Shown: positions 1-8,066, counted from the stretch's first letter. The stretch: 59,797 nucleotides of DNA from Nitrosopelagicus sp. REDSEA-S31_B2 (GCA_001627235.1 LUPB01000086.1:1-59797), one strand, 5' to 3'. The notes: generated by a model from the letters alone, not told the origin. Numbers and translations: made by a program.

Positions 1-12
1 TCTTCTGTAAAA

Positions 13-1263
13 ATGGCAAATGATGCAAATGTAAAATTATTAGATTACACAGTAGAGTTATTCAAAAACAACGGTCTGTTTAGTGATTATTATGGTTATC
101 ATAACGTTGATCATGAACTTGAAGTAACTTATGTAACATTACTTTCTGGTATTCAATCTCTAAAAGACGACTATCTAAATCTTGAAGATTTGAATTATCT
201 TTATGCTGCTGCACTACTACATGACTTTGATCCTAAAAAAGAAATTGATAAACCTCATGAAAAAAATGTCATTCAGTTTATTTCAAAAAATAAAACTATT
301 CAGAAACTTCTTGCAGCTGCAAAACTTGACCAAAATCTAATTTGTGCACTTATTTGTCGAACCGTATATCCTTGGAAAGGAGATATAGTTACAACCTCTG
401 AAAAGTTAATTGATAGTTATTTTGCAAAATCAAAAATTAAAAAGAACAAAAAACAACAGCAACATTTTCGTGAATTAGGTCATTTCTTGTCCGTCTCTGA
501 TAGGATTGGGGGTTATTCATTAGGTGATTTTCAAAAAGCAATGGAAATGGCAAAAATGAATGCTCATTCATCTAGTTGGCATCCTGCATTTATTGTAAGA
601 CGTTCTGTTGGATTTTTTGAAGACATGCTAAATTCTGAACCTGATATGTGTCAAAGAGTTCTAAATGGATTGCCAAAACACATGCGAAAAAACTTCCTAG
701 ATAACATTGTTGGATTTATGAAATTACGTCAAGAAGAAATCCAAATCTATAATCAATTTGTTTATGATGGATTACCACTTGTACCATCTATTGAAAAACA
801 TGCTGTAACTGATGATGTTGCAGATGTACTTCTATCAATCTATCGTGAACTCCCAAAACCATTACAATTCACACGTGATGATTTTATTGAATCCATAAAT
901 GATCCTGATACAATTCTTAACACTTTACGTGTAGGTAATTCTAAAGGTCCGATAGTTGGATTTGCAAAAGGAGGTCCATTAGAAAAATATCATTTTGATC
1001 TAGAATTTGAGGATAGAAATCGTGGAAAAAACAATACTGTCTTCTTAGAACCTGTTGCAATAAAAAATGGATATTGGGGATTTCATGGAGGTCGAGAAAT
1101 ACGACAATTATTCATGATGCAGGTTCAATCAAAGGGATACAAATTCATGACTAGTTTTGCAATGCGTGATGTTATAGACGAGCGAAAACAAAATGACAAA
1201 AATGTTGTATTTGTAAAAAAATTCAATCCTGAGCGATGGGATTATTTCAGAGTAACTCTATAG
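13..1263 (+). CDS. HD-domain protein with C-terminal GNAT-like domain (may be 5'-truncated by the window)
   Basis: YHNVDH...LLHDFD...SDRIG HD-superfamily residues; C-terminal FLEPVAIKNGYWGFHGGREI...GYKFM resembles GNAT motif A; frame is open to position 1. Confidence 0.7.
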   Translation: MANDANVKLLDYTVELFKNNGLFSDYYGYHNVDHELEVTYVTLLSGIQSLKDDYLNLEDLNYLYAAALLHDFDPKKEIDKPHEKNVIQFISKNKTIQKLLAAAKLDQNLICALICRTVYPWKGDIVTTSEKLIDSYFAKSKIKKNKKQQQHFRELGHFLSVSDRIGGYSLGDFQKAMEMAKMNAHSSSWHPAFIVRRSVGFFEDMLNSEPDMCQRVLNGLPKHMRKNFLDNIVGFMKLRQEEIQIYNQFVYDGLPLVPSIEKHAVTDDVADVLLSIYRELPKPLQFTRDDFIESINDPDTILNTLRVGNSKGPIVGFAKGGPLEKYHFDLEFEDRNRGKNNTVFLEPVAIKNGYWGFHGGREIRQLFMMQVQSKGYKFMTSFAMRDVIDERKQNDKNVVFVKKFNPERWDYFRVTL

Positions 1264-1270
1264 AAAATTA

Positions 1271-1498
1271 GTGACTGAAATAAAAATTCTAATTCAAAAG
1301 GGAACTGAAAATTTACGTGATGGTAACTTTGAAACTGCACTAAGTTTCATTGATCAAGCTTTACTTTTAGAGCCTGAAAACCCTGATTTGTGGAATCAAA
1401 AGGGCATTGCGTTAAGAAGTCTTGGACGGTATGATGAGGCATCTGATTGCTATAACAAATCTCTACAGTTGGATCCTCGTGATCGTGCTTCGTCCTAA
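1271..1498 (+). CDS. small tetratricopeptide-repeat protein
   Basis: Two TPR units (ALSFIDQALLLEPENPDLWNQKGIALRSLGRYDEA); GTG start. Confidence 0.85.
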   Translation: MTEIKILIQKGTENLRDGNFETALSFIDQALLLEPENPDLWNQKGIALRSLGRYDEASDCYNKSLQLDPRDRASS

Positions 1499-1728
1499 AT
1501 CTGATTTTGCTTTTTCTTTCCGTAAATTATCATTAAAACTCCAATTCCTATCACAGCAATTGATAATTTCTCTGCAGTGATATCTGAAGATGTAAAGTAC
1601 TTGAGAACAAATTCTGGTCCCCAAATCACTAAATTTTGCAATGGAATTATTGCCCCGCTAATGAAAAATAAAATACTAAATGCACCAAAAACGTTTTTTG
1701 GAAAAAAAGAAGAAGATTTTTCAGTCAA
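1495..1728 (-). CDS. small membrane protein, two predicted TM segments
   Basis: Two hydrophobic stretches and a basic C-terminal tail; fills the gap between neighbouring genes. Confidence 0.65.
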   Translation of the reverse strand: MTEKSSSFFPKNVFGAFSILFFISGAIIPLQNLVIWGPEFVLKYFTSSDITAEKLSIAVIGIGVLMIIYGKKKQNQI

Positions 1729-1734
1729 TTTACA

Positions 1735-2334
1735 CTAGTATCCACCTTTAACAAATTCATATTCTTTTTTGTTAAAGTCGAATTGTGTCACTAGCACTTC
1801 GCCCATTGCATCAACTGCAGTTTGTACCACATCGGGTTGTGTTGAGAAGAATCCTTTGAATTTTCCAATTCCATACTCTTCTGCGATTAAACCAATCGGT
1901 CCATCTGGTCCTCTTGTTACTACTGCCCATACTGTAGATAGTGGTGTTCCAACGCAACTCAGAACGACACAGCTGTCAGGTGTTTCTTGAGCCAAGTGTG
2001 GATTGTTGAAGTTTCCAATAACCCATGTTCTTGGAAGTTTTTTCATGAGTTTTAGGTATCTGTCCTTAACAAACTCATATCGCTTGTCTGTCTCAAATGA
2101 TGCAAGTAATGGGGCCGTATGTTTTGATGCATAGTTCTCAATCATTATGCTTAGTGCAAAAAGATCTGAACGGTCTGCTTTGAAGTTTAGATATCCTCCG
2201 TCTTGAAAGTCCTGAAAATTCCAGTTTACAAAAATCTCGTCACCTTGTTCGGCAACATCTCTTTTTTCAGGAAATCTTGCAAAGACTGTTTCAATCAAAC
2301 TGTCATTTGTTAAACCCATAATTTGTATTATCAT
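1735..2334 (-). CDS. stand-alone DICT sensory domain protein (start may be 2319)
   Basis: LFALSIMIENYA...LLASFE...RY..L...WAVV...LIAEE...FKGFFS.QPDVV follows the DICT pattern. Confidence 0.7.
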   Translation of the reverse strand: MIIQIMGLTNDSLIETVFARFPEKRDVAEQGDEIFVNWNFQDFQDGGYLNFKADRSDLFALSIMIENYASKHTAPLLASFETDKRYEFVKDRYLKLMKKLPRTWVIGNFNNPHLAQETPDSCVVLSCVGTPLSTVWAVVTRGPDGPIGLIAEEYGIGKFKGFFSTQPDVVQTAVDAMGEVLVTQFDFNKKEYEFVKGGY

Positions 2335-2377
2335 TTTGAATATTTAACCTAGTGGAAACTACCAATAATAGTGGTAA

Positions 2378-3229
2378 TTATTTCTTTTTTATAATTCTAG
2401 GAATCTGTTCTAATGCATGTGCATCAGTGATGAGTTTTCCATCAAATTTGAAATTTGTCTTTTCTGAAAATGCTTGACCCCCTATGAATATAGGTAATTT
2501 TTTGTATGATTCATGAATCTTTTTGACCATTCTTTGTCCTGACCTAACATTGTCCTCCAATGTTATTGATACAATTAGTGCATCTGGTTTGGCAGTTTTT
2601 ATGAACTCGATTAATGATTCGGCAGGTGTTGATGGAGATAAATTAAATGTTGTAAATCCTTTTGAGACTAAAAATGAATCAAGCACATTACAACCTAAAT
2701 TATGATCTTCACCAACTGGAGTGGTTAGCACAATTTTTCCTTTCTCTTTTTTTGCTTTTCTGTTTTCATCTGCTATCACTTTGACTAAACTATGTGCAAT
2801 ATTGCTTGCAACATGCTCTGTGGCAATTGATAACTTTCCTTCAGACCATAAATATCCAATTTCTGCCATAACTGGTGTCATAATTCTTTCATAAAATTGG
2901 TCCAAAGAATTGCTTGTAACAAAGGCGGTGTAAACATCCATTGTATCTTTTAGACTGCCTTCAGTTAATGCTGAGAATAATTTTGTTCTTAATTGTTCAA
3001 TTAGATTTTCCCGTTTTTCTCTATCTTTTGGAGTATTTTGTAGCAGAAATGAGTTTATTTTTGCATTTTCTCTAAATTCCTCAGGAATATCATCTCTAGT
3101 TACTGATGATGATTCTCCTAGGTATTTGATGGTCTCTTGTCTGGATGTCTTTTTTTCTTTATCCCAGGTACTTTTCACTAAATACAGGTAATCTACTCCT
3201 TTAACCTTCTTTTTTCTTAGATATACCAT
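2378..3229 (-). CDS. cobalamin-binding protein with CarH/LitR-like four-helix cap and Rossmann B12 domain; non-MerR basic N-terminal domain
   Basis: W-SEGKLSIAT-EH (W-x9-EH); E-D-H-NL-G-x41-SIT-x26-GG. Confidence 0.85.
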   Translation of the reverse strand: MVYLRKKKVKGVDYLYLVKSTWDKEKKTSRQETIKYLGESSSVTRDDIPEEFRENAKINSFLLQNTPKDREKRENLIEQLRTKLFSALTEGSLKDTMDVYTAFVTSNSLDQFYERIMTPVMAEIGYLWSEGKLSIATEHVASNIAHSLVKVIADENRKAKKEKGKIVLTTPVGEDHNLGCNVLDSFLVSKGFTTFNLSPSTPAESLIEFIKTAKPDALIVSITLEDNVRSGQRMVKKIHESYKKLPIFIGGQAFSEKTNFKFDGKLITDAHALEQIPRIIKKK

Positions 3230-3380
3230 GTTTTAGCATGTTCATAGTGACTAATAAGCATATCTAGTGCTAACTCTGATATTTTGTGCCTAAAAACACA
3301 AAAAATCATGAAAAACTAGTGATTTTAAATATTACCACTATGACGAAACTTAAAAGACGGATTGTCGACGTTTGTACTAG

Positions 3381-3653
3381 TTGGCAAGAGAAAAAAGAAC
3401 ACGTATTCAATTGTATTTCGATATTATCTCGGCGATAATACAAGAAGAGGATATCTCTCCAACAAGAATTCAGTTCAAATGCAATACCTCGTATGATAAA
3501 TTAATGAGATATTTGGAAGAAATGGAAAAACGTGAAATCATAGCCAAAAATGGTTCTATCGGTGTCACCGATAAAGGCAAAAAATTTCATAATGATTATT
3601 CAAAAATCAATGATCTAATATCTGAAATTAGTAAAACGATTACGGAAGAGTAA
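3381..3653 (+). CDS. archaeal winged-helix transcriptional regulator (HTH_45-like)
   Basis: KRTRIQLYFDII...PTRIQFKCNTSYDKLMRYLEEM...VTDKGKKF; TTG start; divergent from the B12 gene. Confidence 0.8.
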   Translation: MAREKRTRIQLYFDIISAIIQEEDISPTRIQFKCNTSYDKLMRYLEEMEKREIIAKNGSIGVTDKGKKFHNDYSKINDLISEISKTITEE

Positions 3654-4191
3654 ATAATTCAGTACCTTTCTCTTTTGTCTGAAATATTATTGCTTTATGA
3701 GATTCTAACAACTGATTCAAAAATCTGTCTCTCAGTTCCTCGTTAATTTGTTTAACCTCAAATGAACAAACAAAGTTTCCGTTAATTTTCTCAAAACCAT
3801 CGTCTACACACTGCTCAATTTCTGCCATTCGGTCAGTTTTCTCTTCAGTATTGAAGTCAAAGTAATGTGTTGATACAACCCTGATTTTGGCCTCTTCAGG
3901 CAAACCTTCTACTTTGTCTAGAATCATCTTTGAGTAATCCTCAAATTTCTCTGGGATTTCTACTATGTGTAGAAATTCATTGTTTTCTCCATCCTCGATT
4001 CCATGTGCTTTCATCTCTTCTAGGATTTTTTGAGGTTTTTGTGTAGTGTAGAAGCAGTGCTCGCCTTTCTCTAGTCCTTTTCTAATAAACCCATATTCTG
4101 TTTTTTTAGTCTCATCATTACCATCATGGAACAGCACCACATGTGTACGCTCTAACGTCTCGAGAAAATCCTCTGACTGAGTACTCATCAT
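3640..4191 (-). CDS. stand-alone MEDS domain protein
   Basis: HVVLFH...FIRKGLEKGEHCFY...EIEQ...FVCSF...LLESHKAII fits the MEDS pattern. Confidence 0.7.
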   Translation of the reverse strand: MMSTQSEDFLETLERTHVVLFHDGNDETKKTEYGFIRKGLEKGEHCFYTTQKPQKILEEMKAHGIEDGENNEFLHIVEIPEKFEDYSKMILDKVEGLPEEAKIRVVSTHYFDFNTEEKTDRMAEIEQCVDDGFEKINGNFVCSFEVKQINEELRDRFLNQLLESHKAIIFQTKEKGTELFTLP

Positions 4192-4295
4192 ATTTAGTAA
4201 TTTTTGGAGTATATATGAATCCCCTCACCTAAGTGAGTTTCTTGATTCCTACTGGTTATATACAAAATTTGCTTTTCTTAGTTTAGGTAACAAAT

Positions 4296-4454
4296 ATGTT
4301 AAAAGATCCAAAAGTCAACTGTGTATTCTGCAACAAGTCATTATATGACCACTCTAATTTCGAGAGTAGAGAATGTCTTTCAAAACATCTCCAAGTACAA
4401 AAAATCCTTCAAAATGCCATGGGCGAAGATGGGATAACCAACCACTTTTCTTAA
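4296..4454 (+). CDS. 52-aa putative zinc-binding microprotein (not in ORF track)
   Basis: Hand translation MLKDPKVNCVFCNKSLYDHSNFESRECLSKHLQVQKILQNAMGEDGITNHFS; CxxC-x6-H-x7-C; TTATATA about 35-40 bp upstream and T-rich tract downstream. Confidence 0.6.
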   Translation: MLKDPKVNCVFCNKSLYDHSNFESRECLSKHLQVQKILQNAMGEDGITNHFS

Positions 4455-4491
4455 TTTTTCTATTTTTTATAAAAAAAGAAAATTTTTGAAT

Positions 4492-5961
4492 TTATGAATA
4501 ATCTGTATTGTAGACCGGTCTTGCACCACTTGGTACTTCTGCACCAGCAGATTCCTTGACTGATTCTCCTCTTGCCTGGTAAACTCTGACTTTATGAAAT
4601 ACATTGTGTGATGAGAATATTGCCAGTCCTGCAATTCCCGCTCCTATGAAATTTCTTAATGTTACATCGATGCTTGGTTCTGTACCTATTATCGACATCT
4701 GGAATACAACGTAAAAATTGTCAAATAACCAAAATGCCAAAGTTACCCATGATAGCAATCCTCCAATAAGATAGCCTAGCCTTGCTTTTTGTCTTACAAA
4801 TAAAATTGCAAAAATAATTGCAACATACCAGATAAATGATCCAAATAACCATGATATCTCCCATACGTCTGTTCTATCGTCCATCCAGTAGTATGTGGAA
4901 CCAATTATTGCCATAGCGCAAAGTGAAATCAAAAGTAATTTTTGATTAACTTTGTAAGATGTTTTTTCTTCAGGTGTTTTTTCAATTGGTTTGAAAGCTA
5001 TTTGTTCTTCTCTTGCCTCTTTGATTGCTTCAGTCATATGTTTGAGATTTACCGGAACAAATTCTTCTACTGACTTGTCTTTTACATAAGAGTCGTGAAC
5101 TAAACTATCCACTAGTGGTCTTGCAAGTGATGCCTTTACTGGAGTAACCAAATCAATCCAGTATGATGATAATCTTGGTGTTAAAAATGGAATCTGTATG
5201 ATATTCAAATTTCTATTAATTATTGATGAATACAATCTCATCATTTGCTCGTATGTCATTTTATCTGGTCCACCAATCTCAAATATTTTTCCGGCCGTTG
5301 ATGGATTTTTCATAGCTCCGACTAGATAGTCTACAACATTTTCGACTGCAATTGGTTGTGTTGTAGATTTTACCCATCTTGGACAAACCATTAGTGGTAA
5401 TCTTTCAACAAGATATCGGAGCATTGCGTATGAACCCCCCTCTGCACCCACAATTACTGATGCTCTTAATTCTGTAACTGGAATGGTTCCTGATGCTAAA
5501 ATTTTGCCAACTTCGTGCCTACTTCTCATGTGTTTTGATAATTCTAAACTTTCGTTTACTAATCCTCCAAGATAGATTATTCTTTTTACTCCTGCGTTTT
5601 CAGCAGCTTTTAGAAAATTTTGTGCTTGAACTTTTTCTCTATCTGCAAATTGTTCCCATTCTTTTTTGGACCCTTCCATAGAATGTAGAAGGTAAAATGC
5701 AGTTTCTATTCCCTTGAATGCATTAGATAGTGTGTCCAACTCTAATGCATCAGCTGCCACAAATTTCACATTATCTGAATTTTGATGTAGTGTTCTTGAC
5801 ATCGCGGTAACTTTGTACCCTGTTTTGGATAACCTCTCGGTTAGTTTTTTTCCAATGAATCCTGTAGCCCCTGTTACTAAGATTGAATAATCACTGATTT
5901 TGGCACTTTCTTTTAATGCTGCCATTTTCTCTAAATTACTTGAACTTGCTTTCTGACTCAT
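4492..5961 (-). CDS. atypical SDR / NAD(P)-binding protein (YbjT-like) fused to a C-terminal multi-pass membrane domain
   Basis: VTGATGFIG Rossmann motif; YLLHSM, SKHMRSRHEVG, LRASVIVG, PFLTPRLSSYWIDLVT; about four hydrophobic C-terminal helices. Confidence 0.8.
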   Translation of the reverse strand: MSQKASSSNLEKMAALKESAKISDYSILVTGATGFIGKKLTERLSKTGYKVTAMSRTLHQNSDNVKFVAADALELDTLSNAFKGIETAFYLLHSMEGSKKEWEQFADREKVQAQNFLKAAENAGVKRIIYLGGLVNESLELSKHMRSRHEVGKILASGTIPVTELRASVIVGAEGGSYAMLRYLVERLPLMVCPRWVKSTTQPIAVENVVDYLVGAMKNPSTAGKIFEIGGPDKMTYEQMMRLYSSIINRNLNIIQIPFLTPRLSSYWIDLVTPVKASLARPLVDSLVHDSYVKDKSVEEFVPVNLKHMTEAIKEAREEQIAFKPIEKTPEEKTSYKVNQKLLLISLCAMAIIGSTYYWMDDRTDVWEISWLFGSFIWYVAIIFAILFVRQKARLGYLIGGLLSWVTLAFWLFDNFYVVFQMSIIGTEPSIDVTLRNFIGAGIAGLAIFSSHNVFHKVRVYQARGESVKESAGAEVPSGARPVYNTDYS

Positions 5962-5963
5962 TT

Positions 5964-6335
5964 TTACTCCTTGTCTAGTTTACGAAGTTCTTTAAGATCT
6001 ACAATCTCGATATCTTTACTCAAAGTAACTAGTGATGATAATTTTGGTTTTGCATTTTTGCCCATTTTTAGAACTAGCTTATCTTTGTGTAATATCTCAA
6101 GCGTTACATTCTCATTTTTTAGGACTTTGCCTATGTGTTTTGCTTCGGTTAGCTGTTTTAGTAGGCTCATTTTTCCAGGAATTTTTGTAGGAAGTCGCAT
6201 AATGTTTACTCGTCTTATATCTCCTTTTGAGGTAAATTCGATGGCTGTGCCATCTCCATCGCTAATGGTTAAATCTCCGCTTCGGAGGTAAAGTAAAAAA
6301 TTGGCAGGAAGGTTGTTTTTCATTTTCATATCCAT
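5964..6335 (-). CDS. hypothetical protein
   Basis: 123-aa ORF packed 2-6 bp from both neighbours on the same strand. Confidence 0.7.
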   Translation of the reverse strand: MDMKMKNNLPANFLLYLRSGDLTISDGDGTAIEFTSKGDIRRVNIMRLPTKIPGKMSLLKQLTEAKHIGKVLKNENVTLEILHKDKLVLKMGKNAKPKLSSLVTLSKDIEIVDLKELRKLDKE

Positions 6336-6341
6336 TCCTGT

Positions 6342-6530
6342 TTAGGTTTTTGTTGTTATAGTCAAGCCACCTGTTAGTACAACTGTTCCTGTTGAAACTT
6401 TCTTGCCGTTGCGGTCAACCATTCCACTAAGTTCTAACTTGTCGAACTTGTATGTAATGGCTGCATGCTTTGCAGTTAGTTTATCAAAAACTTCTGCCAG
6501 GAGACTTGCCCATTCTTGTTCTTCTGTCAT
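6342..6530 (-). CDS. hypothetical protein, first gene of the operon leading to the SDR fusion
   Basis: ATG at 6530 (MTEEQEW) preferred to the GTG at 6572, which runs into the motif-rich intergenic region. Confidence 0.6.
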   Translation of the reverse strand: MTEEQEWASLLAEVFDKLTAKHAAITYKFDKLELSGMVDRNGKKVSTGTVVLTGGLTITTKT

Positions 6531-6612
6531 AATGAATCTAATTACATTATAGTATAAAACGCTAGTGACCAAAGGTGAGTCTAGTGCCTAAATATTATCA
6601 CCATGTTCTGTA

Positions 6613-6633
6613 TAGTGGTAAAATTTACCACTA
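6613..6633. promoter_or_regulatory. perfect palindrome TAGTGGTAAA-A-TTTACCACTA, candidate operator between divergent operons
   Basis: 10-bp arms with 1-bp spacer read directly; further TAGTG copies at 6563, 6582 and 6643. Confidence 0.55.
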
Positions 6634-6664
6634 GAAATACCCTAGTGCATAACCCATAAATATT

Positions 6665-7267
6665 ATGAATGGCAAAAACTGTTTAATGAGCACAACACAA
6701 ACACTTCCAACAAAGATCGCATTGATAAAAGGTGGAATCGGGGCAGGCCTCATGGGCGGATTTGCACTCTTTTCATCATTCTTTGCAATTGATCAAATGT
6801 TGGATATACCGGCAGGAACATTCTACAAAACTATCGGTGTTACAATGGGTGTGGATGAAACTTCAGCAATTGCAGTGGGCTTTATAGCCCACATGGGCGT
6901 TGCAGCATTGATTGGAGCCATGTATTTTTTGGCTTCGAACATTTGGAGGTTCTTCAGATTGGTAACTGTTCCAAAAGCACTAATTACTGGTGTTTGGACA
7001 GGGCTAATTGTTTTCACATTAGCATTCCTACCAATTCACATGTTTGTAATGACTCCGATGATGGAGGTAGAATTGATTATCACCGATGTATCCCAATTTG
7101 ACTTGGAACAACAAAAAGCACTAGCTACCTTGTTGTATGAAAGCGACAAAATTTACATCAATGCTTTGGTTCTCCACATAATCTACGGAGCAATCACTGG
7201 ATTCATTGGAGGTTGCATAATGCATGAAGACTACAAAGGAGTGAAAAGAATTGGCAAAATCTGGTAA
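6665..7267 (+). CDS. multi-pass membrane protein with intramembrane histidines (start may be 6686)
   Basis: Four hydrophobic segments; GFIAHMG, LPIHMF, LVLHIIYG. Confidence 0.75.
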   Translation: MNGKNCLMSTTQTLPTKIALIKGGIGAGLMGGFALFSSFFAIDQMLDIPAGTFYKTIGVTMGVDETSAIAVGFIAHMGVAALIGAMYFLASNIWRFFRLVTVPKALITGVWTGLIVFTLAFLPIHMFVMTPMMEVELIITDVSQFDLEQQKALATLLYESDKIYINALVLHIIYGAITGFIGGCIMHEDYKGVKRIGKIW

Positions 7268-7622
7268 CAACAACGAAAGAGGTCAAAAACTTGAAGGTAT
7301 GTACAATACCTTCATGGGAGACGTTTCACAACTATTCCCAAAGACCGACTCAAACCTATTACTCAATGTAATGGCTTTGGAAAGAAAGTTCCCAGACATG
7401 ATGCCTCATGTTCACTTGGAGATAATCTTCAACAAAGGCACAGATGTCGAATTGCCAAAATATGAGATTACTGAAAAGTATCATGTTCAGGCTGCAGTTC
7501 ACCGATGGGACAAGAATATTCTTGTTGTCACCGGAATGATGAACGTAGACATTATTGCCGAAATAGCAGATCACAAAACTGTGGAAAAAATATCTGGCAC
7601 TGCTAACGCAGCCTTTTATTAA
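7251..7622 (+). CDS. hypothetical protein
   Basis: 123-aa ORF overlapping the previous stop region; followed by a T-rich tract. Confidence 0.7.
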   Translation: MAKSGNNNERGQKLEGMYNTFMGDVSQLFPKTDSNLLLNVMALERKFPDMMPHVHLEIIFNKGTDVELPKYEITEKYHVQAAVHRWDKNILVVTGMMNVDIIAEIADHKTVEKISGTANAAFY

Positions 7623-7688
7623 TCCCTTTTTTCTCTTTATTTTGAAATTTTAACTACTGTTATATTTGATCATTTTTGCCAAAATTTC

Positions 7689-8066
7689 ATGGTAAAAAAT
7701 ACTGAACTTGATAATTTAATTCAAAAAATTGGCAAACTTCACAAAAAAATCCGTTTTGTTGCAATTATCAACAAAAATGGCAAAATCCTAAAAACCGAAA
7801 TGAGAGATGAAGTACCTTCCCTACTCAAAACAAAAAATGAGGAAAAATTCTGTCAGGATGTAACAGTTCGCAGAAAGATGAGAGAGGAATTTGACAACTC
7901 TCTAGGTAAAGTTAGATTTGTAAATGTAGAGCGTGAAAATATTTCTCAAATCGTAATGTATGCAAAAACTAAATCTTTGTTTGTTACAGTAGAACCTGAA
8001 ATTTCAATTAACGATAAAACCAAAATCATATCCCAACTAAAAAAATTAACCGCTAATCTAAAATGA
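7689..8066 (+). CDS. thaumarchaeal roadblock/profilin-like family protein (DUF6659-like)
   Basis: KIRFVAIINKNGKI...MREEFDNSLGKVRFVNVERE pattern typical of this expanded family. Confidence 0.65.
   Translation: MVKNTELDNLIQKIGKLHKKIRFVAIINKNGKILKTEMRDEVPSLLKTKNEEKFCQDVTVRRKMREEFDNSLGKVRFVNVERENISQIVMYAKTKSLFVTVEPEISINDKTKIISQLKKLTANLK

Noticed and set aside
2378-3229. Insertion sequence or transposase, suggested by the N-terminus
   Set aside because: No DDE catalytic domain, terminal inverted repeats or target duplication; the rest of the protein is a B12-binding module
2378-3229. Methionine synthase or methyltransferase corrinoid carrier
   Set aside because: It has ExH and W-x9-EH rather than the DxH pattern, and no methyltransferase partner is adjacent
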